From: Trichosphaerium sp. ATCC 40318
Taxonomy: Eukaryota; Protista; Tubulinea
DNA length: 64,000 nt
Direction of reading: 5' to 3'
Assembly: GCA_038496445.1 (NCBI GenBank)
Contig: JALMLS010000612.1
Span: 434,001-498,000, forward strand
The stretch's first letter is position 1; the number at the start of each line of letters is the position of its first letter. Under the pieces are notes generated by a model. The model ran no database searches. It worked only from the letters and a program-made list of their open reading frames with translations, and had not been told where the DNA came from. Shown here piece by piece: positions 27,101-39,065 of this stretch. A program made the position numbers and the translations under genes.

Positions 27101-28655
27101 TCCTCAATAGCCCAAAAATGTCCAGCTTTGTCCTTTTTCAATAAAGCTAGGAGAATTTAGAAAAACAAAGTACAATGAAATGAGCACCTGTCAATTTTAC
27201 TGCTGGTAAGAGTAAATTATTATCAGCTCCTGTATCGTCAACATCTGTGCTAACAAGTTTTGCAGCTGCTCTCTCAACAATAGCGCCAACCTTTCCAGAT
27301 AACTTTCCATCAGTCCTTTGTGAAAAGTTACCAATACAAAAAAAAACCTCGTGCTTACCTTGTATGTAATAGTACCATTACTCTATCACCCGCTTCAGCA
27401 CCTCCTCTATCTTGAGGTGCAACAAATACAGGTCCAGGCAATGCTAAACGAAATGAGCATAAACTAAGCACGTGAAAACTAAAAATAACTAACCTCCTCC
27501 AGGAAGTTCACCGCTAATAATATAATCGTTACACCAATAGTTCCCTGACATATCGTATGCCAAAATACCATTCACACTACCAGCAACATGTGGGTCGCTA
27601 GATACAGGAATGGGCGTTCTACAGAGATTTTGTTAAATTTATACTCACCAACAGATTTAGAATAAGAGGCATTAAAATACCTGTGTTGGCTGTTGAATTC
27701 TACGCTTGTGCTTGGATCTGGGAACTCAAACTTTGACGTCTTTTTTGGTTCTACTGTTTTTGGTTGCACTGCGGGTTTGGGCGTGCTGTCATCCTTTGGT
27801 TTGCTCCCTGGTACACTTGGAAGATCTAGTGAAGGTTCCTAACTGACGTTAGCTGTCAGGCACTACAACACGTGAGATTACTTTGCCAGGAGCCATTGGT
27901 GCTTCCCATGGGATTTCGTGTTTGTTAGCAATATTTGACAGGTAGTAATTTACTAATCCTTTGTCAGGAAGCCTCCTTGATAAAGTTTCTACAATCTTTA
28001 TGTGTGTTAGTGTACTTTAAAGAACGATGTGCCAAAGACGTCACCTTTTTGTTCACGCAACAGCTTTTAACGCATTCGTTCGGAAACTCTTTACCATACT
28101 TAGCAAGGAACATTGTGACAGCCTAACCGGCAATAAGTTGAAAGTGTAACATAATTTTTTTTGTACTTTTGTTAGTTCTGGCACGTTCTCTAAATGAGGC
28201 GTTGAGTATATAACACTGCATATAGCCTCTTTAATATCGAGAGGGCAGGATCTACGATTTGATTGGTTACTAACTGAAATAAAATTATGTAAAATTTTTC
28301 GTGTACTTTTGAGCTACTATGATATCCATGCGTGCTACTATAGCCTCAACATACAAATCAAGCTTATTGTAAATTTCTATCATGTATTCTTCATGTATGA
28401 CCGTTATGATCTTACAACGGTGTTATTTAACGCAACACAATTATGTACCTTTATTCTAGCTTGCGCTTCCTTATTTTCAGCCAATAACCCAGCAACTTCC
28501 CTTTTACTTACTGAAACTAGCTCCGTTTTCTTTCTTTTATGTAATCGTATGCGATTTAGAGCCATACGCAATACCATAACGCTGAGAACAATTTTACAAA
28601 AAAAAACAACGTAACAACCATACCATTTTGCGCCACTAAAGCGTTTTGCAGACAT
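24129..28655 (-). CDS. Ist1 domain + 5 cold-shock/OB (RNase II/R CSD-like) repeats + actin-related domain fusion protein
   Basis: Ist1: [46 protein letters not shown]; OB repeats such as [37 protein letters not shown]; actin [32 protein letters not shown]; junctions between domains checked in frame. Confidence 0.85.
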
Positions 28656-28792
28656 GTCGTCCTTCTCAAATTTATAGTTTCCTCTCACCTTTTTGAGTAA
28701 CTTTTTCTCCGGAAGTATGGGTCCATTCTATTCAAATAAAAGTGTTCGTGAAAACGAAACCATCAAATAATCACAAACCACACCAAGCAAAC

Positions 28793-30066
28793 ATGCTCGT
28801 CATCAAGTTAACATTAAACGACGACACCAGAAGACTCACTCTAGATTCAGCGCCTAGTTACGACGTTTTATCAGCTCTTACCCGCAATCTGTTTAACCTT
28901 GATCACGACAACGTTAAATTTTTCTACAAAGATGAAGAGGGAGATGTTATAAAAGTTGGCTCTGCAATGTACGTTTCGAATAAATGAATTCCACTACTCA
29001 CTATATAATCATAGTGAGCTAGAAGAAGCCGTACGACAAGTCGTTTCAGGTGAGGGGAAAACCCAAATTTTGCGACTCGCAGTTCGGGTACAGCAACAAG
29101 ATAGCTCGGTAGTAGTAGTACCAGCCGTAGCTCCAGAGCCAGAGCAAGCCAAACCAGCTCCATTACCTTCAAGCGTCCTCGTCGCCTCCTCCCTCAGGAC
29201 CTCTCAAATCACAAGAGACCTTAATTTCCTTACCACTTTGGAGGTACCGGGTTTATTGTAGAGTTATTGGGTTAATCTCTTTTTAGGCGCAATTGGCTAA
29301 CGTGTTCCGGAATATCTCATCCTTTATGCACGGCGACTACGCTATGAAAGATAAAATAGGTACGCTCTCGCGGGGTTCTGTCTTTTCACGGGCTTTTGAT
29401 TTCTTTTTTCTTTTTATTTTCAGTCTCTTACACTTTCTCTAGTAAACCTCGTTCACGACTGCAGTCAAGCCATTGGTAAAGTATCATCGAACGTAGACGC
29501 CCATGTGTTGAAGCCAATCGCCAACTTTACAACTGTTCACGCTTCCTCTTTCCAAGCTGAAATGCAAACCCTAAAGGACGAAATATCTAAGCTCCGTAAC
29601 CAATTACAAGACGAATTAACCAAAGTTGGAGGTACGCATAAAATGTGATCTCTACTCGTTGTACTAAATATTTATTGTAGAAGCCCACCAAGGCCGCAAG
29701 AATGAAGGTAAATCGTACTTTGCTCCTCTCCTCGCGCTCCAGCATTTGGCACCAAAAGTCGAAGACCCAGTAGCTGCAGCACCTGCTACCAACGAAGACG
29801 CTCCTGTTGTAGACCCAGAGGGTGGTGATGTAAGCGCTCTTTCAGACCACGAAATATCTCGCCTTCTACAACACTTTCAAATGTTGAGCGACACCCCAGA
29901 CGAAGACGAAAAAGCACCTGCTAGTACTCCAATACCTGAGAAATACCAAACTGGCGTACAAACACTCACCGACATGGGTTTTATGGATGCTGGAAGAAAT
30001 GTAAAGATGCTCGAGAAGTATTCTGGCGATGTATCCCGCGTTGTTGACGCATATTTGGGAAATTAA
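28793..30066 (+). CDS. PB1 ... UBA protein (p62/NBR1-like adaptor)
   Basis: MLVIKLTLNDDTRRL..FFYKDEEGDVI (PB1 with basic Lys and OPCA motif); C-terminal LTDMGFMDAGRNVKMLEKYSGDVSRVVDAYL (UBA). Confidence 0.85.
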
Positions 30067-30317
30067 AAAACCTGCGTAAAGCCCAAAATAATTGTAAATA
30101 GTGTACCAAGTTAAAAACTCATAAATACCCTCTTTAACTATTTGCCCTGTTTTATTTTCTTCGTAAAATTTCACGTGTCGTTAACGAAACTAAACCCATA
30201 ACTCACGTAATTGTGGGTTTATTAGATTAATTACTACATGGTACAAGGGGTTTTGACCTTTAGGGTCTGTGTGGTAACACACGGTCCATCAGCATAATTT
30301 CATAAGGAAACTAATGC

Positions 30318-31888
30318 TCACTTTTTCATTGCCTGCAGGATTTCTTGCTTAGCTGCATCTATGTAAGCGAATATTTCCTGTTTAAAGCGCTCAAGTTCTG
30401 CAGATGATGCTAACGAAGTGTAAGAAAAAATATCAAAATAAATACGTACCACCTGCACCGCTGGCGCTATCAATGCTTGCAGTTCCAAACGACTTTTTGG
30501 GCGTAGAAGTTTTTGTTTGCGGTGGCTTTGGTGTAAACTTGTTGGCCGATGGACCATTTGATGCTGGTGGTTTAGGAAAGAAAGGAGACTTCTTAGGTCC
30601 GCCAAACTTCTTTGTAGGTTGTTTAGGCTTGAAAGATGACTTTGGCGCACTAGGGCCGGCAAATGGAGGCTTTTTGACGCCACCAGCTTTTTTTGGACTA
30701 GCATTACCTGCTTGCCTCTTCTTAAATCTATTGCCAAGCTCGCCAAGCAATCCACCAGGGCCAGAAGGAGGAGCTTTCTTTTTAGGAGCCGCAGCTACGA
30801 AGGTTAAATTAGTATTGCTAACAATCACCAACAATACTTGCAACAAAACTACGTACAAGCTTTTTTTAAACCACCATTTCTCTTGGCTTTAAGAGCAGCG
30901 GCTAGACCTGATAGGCCGCCAGCGCCTCCAGATGGTGCAGGAGGCTTAGGTGCATTATTGCCTCCAGTTGGTGCTGGTGGAGGCGGCGGAGGTGGAGGAG
31001 GACCACCGCTAACGGCCATACCACCACCTGAAGGTCCAGAAGGAGCGGCAGGAGGTTGAGGTGCAGCAGGAGGCTGAGGTGCAGCTGGTGGTTGAGGTGC
31101 AGCTGGAGCAGCCGGTGGCTGAGGCGCAGCTGGAGGCGCTGGCGGTTTAGGTGCAGCTGGGGCCGCTGGAGGTGCAGGAGCACCTGATGGTGGTTGAGGA
31201 GCGCTTGGAGGCGCTACTATGGATTAGCTGCGGCTAGTACATTTTTTTTATTTTCTCGAACCTGGTTCGTCCTGTGTTTGGGTTTTTGGCTTTTTTTTCT
31301 TCTTTCGGAGCGTCTCCTTTTTCTTCTTACCACTTTTACCACCTGTTTTAGACTTTTTGAGCGAACCATCACGGCTACTTTTTTTCGCTCTGCTAGAAGT
31401 CGGTGGAGGAGGTGTAAGTGATGGCACTTTGCCTCCAGCAGCTGTTACATGTCAACAACGGTAGAAAGCGTCTGTTACACGTACCTAAAGCGGCTACTAC
31501 AGAAACCATCTTATCCGCGAACGTACTGGCTTCGCCGGGGCTTGCAAAGTTCAAACCAAACGATTTCTCTTTACCAGACCATTGGTGGAAAACATCGGTT
31601 GCCCTTTGGTACTGCAATTGTGCGAATATAGCTGAATTAATTAGCACCTACGTTTAAAGGTTAGACTAACGTTATGTCGTAACTGGTAGATGACTGAAAC
31701 TCTATTTATACTCGCGAACGTACGTTTTGGTTGCCCTCATCCCTTGCGATTACTCTGTATGTATTGTTCGTTGTGTTGTTGTAAATACTGACGCTTGCAA
31801 CGCCAGTGGACTGTTGCTGCCAGTTTTGAGTCTCTGAATCATAATAATACACAGCAGCGCGTGCTGTGGCGACTGGAACTTCTGACAT
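30318..31888 (-). CDS. vasp: Ena/VASP-family protein
   Basis: EVH1 (ARAAVYYYD..W..YRVI..FHQW..FGLNFAS), poly-Pro tract, GGLSGLAAAL and GGLLGEL motifs, tetramerisation helix ELERFKQEI..AKQEILQAM. Confidence 0.9.
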
Positions 31889-32295
31889 TGCTTATGATCA
31901 ATGTGCCAAAAATAATTTTTGAAACTCGACGAAAAAGGTTGAACTTGCTTGTCTTAACGCGTTTTTAATACAAGCGCTATCGGTAGACTTATACGCTATA
32001 TCAGCAGTACAAGTGATAAATAACGCTAGATCAAGAACGCTGTTTCAAATGGTAGCGTACCTACATAGAAAAACATGCAAAAACAACGCTGCCGTGCGTT
32101 TTCAGTTTTTTGTACATTTGTGTGGTTAAGAAAGCGCTAAATAGCCTCGAAGGCCTTTCATCAATACCGAGGTGCCAATGACACATGTTTTATAGCCATG
32201 CACGCCTTTGTTGGTGAGGAAACAGCAAAATATTTGGCTATTTACAAACAGGGCAATGATGAAATTCAAACGCAAAACAATCATTAACAAACGCA

Positions 32296-33678
32296 ATGGC
32301 AGCAAATATGAACAAAGACGATTACTATGAGTTGCTAAACACAATAGCTTGTCAAAGCGGAGTGAACGATGGCCAGTCTCGCTACGGTGTATCCAATTAC
32401 GCCTCACATAGCATAATAAGTGACATCGAGATAAAAACTGAATCTAACATGATTGCTAAAAATGACACAATGCCCGATTGGCAGTCTATGGAACCACCAA
32501 GTACATTACTCTTAGCACAACCAAAAACTGCTTGCGAAAACTGTTTTATTACGTAAAGTTTTATTAATTTTTTTCTACAGCTGTTAGTAGTTGTACGTTA
32601 GAAGAATGCGGTGACGAATGGGCGAATTATTGTAGTCAACAACCTCCAATTGCTTGTCAATGCAGTTCATCAACATTACTTTTCCAAAGAATGGCGTTCA
32701 CATCTACATCGGTTAGGACTATGCATGTTGGAGGTATTGCAAACCGTTCCAGCATGTTGTTTTCTCCAATGCGCGATATTACCGTCCTACCTGGAGATAA
32801 GACAAACATCGTGGCGCATGTTGGAGCTTCTCAAAATATCATTAAACCAATCCCTAAACGTTTGCCCATTCGCAAGCGGAAGCGACGTTCTCCTAGAACC
32901 ATGAGCGAAATGAAGGATGAATCCGCTGAAGACTACAAACCTAGTAAAATTGCACGTATGTGTACGCGTAGTACTAAGGCTAGTGCAAGTGTTGCGAGTA
33001 AGATGAGGTACTATTAGCAAAGTTTTGCAATTACTAACATTAAAATTTTAGTATTACATTGCTACAAGGACCTTCAGCGTATCAGGTGAAGGAATTTAAC
33101 TTTCTACCAGCAAATAAGCTGCGCGTAGAGGTGATATTTTTTCACGTGTAATATGAGCTGAATGACATTTAGGGCGCCACTGCACTTAGTGATTATGTCA
33201 AAGTGTGTATTATATGCAAAGGAACACCAGAGAATCCTCAAAAAGAGAGGTGATCAACGATGATGTAGATTTTTTAACTAACTGAGGTAGGGAGATCTTC
33301 ATTGGCGCTGTAGGACTTGCAAGTCAAGATAAAGGTGTGGTAGAAATGCCAAACTTAAAGGTGACGCAACAAGCGTTGCCAGGTAGAACAAAAGGTATGT
33401 GAACTGTTTATACCTCTATTATATTTCTTACACAATCATTTAGGCCACATTTTCTCGTTGAAGTACACTTTGATTCACTCTGATAAGCCTGTTAAATCGA
33501 TAATGTCACATGAGTTTCAAGTTTGGTCAAATATCAACCAACCAGGGTTTCCAAGGTATCTTAAGTGTACATAGTTTGCAAACTAACACGTGTGTTTAGA
33601 AATGAAAGGGAGACGCATATGACGAAACGAAGACGTGCAAATAAGTTGCGTCGTTCAAGAAACAGACATACTTCTTGA
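32296..33678 (+). CDS. Putative transcription factor with C-terminal Ig-fold (CudA/STAT-like) DNA-binding region
   Basis: NLS-like RKRKRR; spliced C-terminus MPNLKVTQ..GHIFSLKYTL..IMSHEFQVWSN; fold call is inference. Confidence 0.4.
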
Positions 33679-33901
33679 TGTTGTTTGGTTTCACAAGGTT
33701 TTACCGTGTAAACCAACACGTGTTTACTTGATAAAAGGCTTTTGTTTGTAGTGTTAGTTGTATTGTATTTTGTGTGTTGTTGCGCATTTACTGGACTTTT
33801 TTTCGTATTTTGCTACATTGTGAACCAAAAAAGGGTTCGCTTAAATTGCAATTAGCAATGTAATACAAGCTGCCTGTTATTATGATAACGTATTTATTGA
33901 G

Positions 33902-36900
33902 ATGAGTGATAGGAAAGCAACTAAGAGAGCGCTTGGGTCAAGTTTTAGGAGCCCAGGCCAGACAAGAGTCAATAAACGACCAATAATAGAGGAACTACCT
34001 GCACCTGGTGATGAACAGCTAGACCAAGCGCTGTGGACAGGTATGGGGTAATTAGTACAAAAATGCTCAAGAAAACGTAGTACTGTATGGTTTAGCGAAT
34101 AATGTCGACTCGAAAGCTTCTTTGAAGGAGTTCTTACGCGCAATGATTAGCATGGCCAAGATTTACCCTAATAGACCCATACGGCATGATACCAGCGCGA
34201 TATTATGGCTAACAGACAGTAGAAAAGCACTATTGACAGTTTTAAACACTGACCACACTAAAACACAGATAAAAAACATTACAAACCCAAAAGAAGCCCT
34301 CGTAGTAGTGTGGGACATTCACCAACGTGTGGGAGATATTACAAAGGATCCAATAGAATGTATCCATCCACCGTTATTGTTTTTTCATCGGGTTCTTTTG
34401 TTTATTCCTTAACGCTCAGACTACCGCCGTAGCTGTTCTTTTTCACTTTTACCTGAGCACTTATACGCACTGTCAAAACACAACTCGAGATCTAGTGCGT
34501 CCTTGTGTATTCTTTTGGGTGTACTCATATTTTAGCATTAGCAAGCCCTAGAGATCGTTTAAGCAGAACTTTTTCACAACGATCAATGTCTATTGAGTAT
34601 GTACAAATGACTGCTAAAGAGTTTCATTTTTCCAAGCTGTACGCTCTAATATTTGTAGGAGTGCTAGTGGGCGTACGTTTCACCACGGAGATGCACCTCC
34701 GTCTCCTTACACTAATGGATTGAGGCTACCTTACGAGCTGTTGCAGTATATATTTTCTCTGTTGCCAATTGTTGATTTGCTGGTTGTTTGCAAGGTTTGT
34801 CTTGCTTTGTGTCGCTTGAGATTTATCTCCTAAATTTCATATAGGTTTGTAGGTCTTGGCAGTATTTATCGTCGGATTCTCTTGTTTGGAAGACAAAGAC
34901 ATTAGAGAACTTCTATTTAAATCCAGTTCTACAGTATTGTTCGTTTATTTTTTGTTATTGCTGATTGTCTACAGGGAATTGGAGTTTGTGGTTAATTGGG
35001 AATGGAAGAAGGTGTTCAAGGAATGGTATAATTGGACAAAGCTTGATAAGGCGTTTGATGAAGCTCCAGAAGATATTGTGTGCGTGACTTTAAATAGAAA
35101 AACAGGTTTGCAATGTTCTCGTTTCTTCTGACTTGGATTCTTTATTATAGGTGGCTACCTGATGATGCGCTCACCAAAGATGTTACTAATACGCATAAAG
35201 GAGAGCTTGATCCAGGCCGGAAGAAGAAAAAGAAGAAAAAGAAAAAATCAATTAAAGTGATGGAGTTTTTCGATACTGAAGAGTCCAGATACACAGCAGA
35301 AGATGAAGATCACTCAGATTCTGTAAGTCTCTCCTTTAATTATTGTGCTCTAACATATAAAAAACAGGGGAGTGATATGCGTTGCTCAGACGGGTACTTT
35401 GATCGCACTTTCGACACGTTACCGCCCATGGAAGGTTAGTCTTGTTTTTTTAAATCTAACTCTTATAATGTGCAGCGCTAATTCCGCCGTTACTTCTACC
35501 TATACACAAGAAAAAGCTCTCGTATGACTATCAAAAACCTAATGTACAACATGTCCTTGCTGGGTATACGCCACAGAGCGCTACAATTGTGAAACTTGTT
35601 GATGTACTAAGTAGTCCATTTCATTATGGTAAGTTCGTTTTTTTTAAACGTTCTTCTGACTGGACTTCAGACATTGATTTTATGCAAGCAGTCTTGATGA
35701 CTTATAAGACGTTTACTAAGACTGAAACTCTTTTTAAACTTCTTGTGAGAAGGCACGTGATAAGTCACGTGAATTAAAAAACCGCGATGACATATTAGTT
35801 TTGATTTTCTAATAGTAGTGTATAGGTTTCACTCCAATGCACCTGAGAGTGTTGATGAAGCTGACTGGGAAAAGAAGTTTCTACGTCCTATACAACTTCG
35901 TATTTGTAATATTATAAAAACATGGATCAATAGGTATGCATCAGTATGATTCAATGTTCTTTTTCCTCGTTTAAAGGAAACAAACAAGAGATTAATAGTT
36001 AACTTACTGTTCAGTTATTTTTCTGATTGGCACGGTGATATGCTTAAAGCTGTGGTTACATTTGCACGTGGTGTAACTCCGAAAAGCATGTCAAAGCAGA
36101 TACTTAGCCTGTTGGAACGCAAGGTAATCAAAAACTATTGAATAGCGAAAACCCAATTTTCTTACCCAAGTATAATAGAAAAACAGCAGAACACATCGTC
36201 AAATCAACTACCAATTTAACGAAGATACTCCAGCACCTTCTGTACGAACACAAATGCCATTTCGAGCCCAGTTTCACTAACAGAATTTTGTTACAGGTTC
36301 CAGAGAATATTTTTGCTCAGCACTTATCCCTATGGGATGTAAGTGCTTTAGAGATCGCTAGACAAGCTACTCTTATTGAGTTCGAGTTGTTTGGTCAAAT
36401 AATGCCTCGTGAAATGCTAAACAAAGCATGGATTGGTCCACAACGTCGTCAGAACGCACCTAATCTATGCGTTTTCTTGACAAGGTACTGCGTCAGTTGA
36501 TGTTGCTTTGTTTCATTTATTTATGCATTTAATTTATTCGCTTATTTTTTATTTAAAGGTCGCGTGATATGTCACGTTGGGTTGCTGGTTTACTTACAAA
36601 AAAATATGAAACAAAGAAAGAGAAAATTAAGATTGCTAAATTATTTATTGTTGCTACGCAGGAGCTATTGAAATTACGTAATTTTAATACTCTAATGTCT
36701 GTTGTTCTTGGATTTAAGATCGCTTTGGCAACAGAAACAGATTTATGGGATGATATGGGTAATAGATATAAAAAGGTAAAAAAAGTAAACAAAACTGTTT
36801 TTTATTGACTGTTTCAAAGGATTTTCAAATTGTTGAAAATCTGATGGAAACTCATCGTTATAATCATTATCATACAACTATAGACGGCCCATGTATTCCT

Positions 36901-37273
36901 TACATAGGTACATGAATAATTTTTTTTGCTTATGAAACGATAAAGAAAGTCTGGATTTTTTTTACACTTTCTCCTCTTGCTCACTTTTTTTGCGTTAGCT
37001 TTTGATCTTAAAGGTATAACTGAGATTGAAACAGAACCTGCCTATATTGATACAGAAGGTAAGAGTATCAATTGGTTACGATCAAAGTCATTATACGATG
37101 ATATTGTGCGTATAATGACGTACCAACAGACACCGTATAATCTACAACCTGTATACCAGATCCAAAGAATGTTGCAAAACTTTACAGAGACTATTTTTAA
37201 GGCAAAGACAAAGAGGAGGCGTACATCCGTCTCACCTATGCAACTTAAAATGGGTCTTAATAAAATTAAGTAG
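33902..37273 (+). CDS. F-box + RasGEF (REM + CDC25) protein
   Basis: F-box LPYELLQYIFSLLPIVDLLVVCKVCRSW..LVWK (~34727-34890); REM ATIVKLV..FMQAVLMTYKTF..IQLRICNIIKTW; CDC25 EIARQATLIEFELF..LRNFNTLMSV..PCIPYI. Confidence 0.88.
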
Positions 37274-37851
37274 TCAGTAGTACTTGACTACGCACGTTTA
37301 AGGAAAAAAGAGTCTTTGTTTTACATTACTGCAGGTTTTTTGCTTTTCTTTTTTTTCGTTATGCCTAAACTAATCTCGCGCGCTGACAGTTGCTATATTC
37401 TTTATAATATTCTCATGTATATTTCACGTGATTTACACGAAACCTCTAAGCGATCTGCCATTTAATTGGCGTTCGTTGCTTCGAAAAAGTTTGACAAGCT
37501 TCATGAACAATTAGCCAAGGTACTACTTTTCCTGGCTTTGAAATGTGCTATCTTTCCGAGAAGTGATTGTCTTTGCCTTCTCTCTAAAGGTTAAATTATA
37601 ATAGTACAGCAAAGAGGAATATGATTCCAAAGGTTTTTGTAGTGTACCACGTACAAGAGCATTTTTCCTCTAAACAAACTAGACATTATCGCACTCACAA
37701 CAGGTTTGCTTATAGGCGTGTAACTACGCTATTTCACAGAACATTTGTCAAAGAAAACTATTAACTGCATAACGTCGGTTCATGAGAATCACGTGAAAAT
37801 AACGGAACTACCTAAAACCAACCTTTGATCAATCGGAAAAGTTCACCAGCA

Positions 37852-38674
37852 ATGGCACACCTAGCATTCATTCTAGTACTTTTCCTTGCAGTGTACGACA
37901 CTTGAGGTCTACTCTATGTTAACACTTCCTATGTAAAAGTTCTACATCGGCGTACTACAACGCTCCTGGCAATACATCGCCTCCTTATCCTCCATGGACA
38001 CGGCTATGTCCAGATGGTGGGATGACAGGTGTTCGCACCGTCAAGCCTTTTGCTGTACCTAGGACCTTTCAATGGAGATGTTTCCACGACAACGTTGGAT
38101 TCCATGGTCCTCACACTGACTACGCATCAGGTCATTTAGACAGTTTCGAGCATGAGTGCAAATCAGGCTATGTTATGAAGGGTACAAGTACATTATTGCT
38201 TTGTATTTGACATTGCTGTTTAGAAATTAGAGGAACTGGTTGGGATAGAAACGATAGGATCTTTAGATTTCGCTGCGAGTATGTGCTTACGTTCTATAAC
38301 GCTAGTTAACCAGATTACAGGACTGAAGGGACATTGAGATGTGATACCGAGAGCAGAGCTTGGATTTGTACGGCAACTTAAGTTTTTTTTTGTTGTTTTT
38401 TCACGTATTCTAGGCTACATATAATCTCACGCATATCTCATCACTAATTTCAATTTAGCCGTCTATAATGTCGTTCCTGGAATCAATGGATTTGGTGACA
38501 TCTTGTGCCCTGAGGATACACCGTATATTACTGGCTTCAGAGTTAGTTCTACCTTTCTAACGTACATCCCACCTTTGGTAACAGTATATTTTGACACATT
38601 TTCGTAGTAGAACAGCGCCATCTGATCGCGTATGGGAGATGCAATGTTCTGCTGTAACTTGCGCAAGATCATAA
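37852..38674 (+). CDS. Secreted dermatopontin/amebocyte-aggregation-factor-like Cys-rich protein
   Basis: Signal peptide MAHLAFILVLFLA; three repeats ending PRTFQWRC, DRIFRFRC, DRVWEMQC, each preceded by C....(M/I)(T/K)G-like segments. Confidence 0.6.
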
Positions 38675-39065
38675 TCTAACCCTTTTGTTGGTTTTTTTCC
38701 ATGAAACAAATGTGTAGTTGTCATTCTCTGTGTTTGATGAATAATAAAAAGCCGTTGCATAGGTATTAACTTACAAAATTCATTGGTCAGGAAACTATAA
38801 GAAAAGGTACAACGGTTATAATTTTGTAAAGATGTTTAATCAAACAACAGTCAACGTCGGTTCATGGCCGAATGTGACTATACATAAGGCACAGCTACTT
38901 AGAAGCACGTGTTAATATAGATGTAAGAGATATATGAGTACTAAGCTAATGAGCAAACGCTTATGATTTTTATTTCGTCAAAAACTCAAAGCTAAAAACG
39001 TGCAAGCAATGTAAGGTTTTTTATTCAAGTGATTTTGACATAAATGTCAAAATCCTTACACTTCT

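Noticed and set aside
34505-35131. Apparent transmembrane segments in the RasGEF-region ORFs
   Set aside because: They come from intron read-through or the wrong frame; the spliced frame encodes an F-box.
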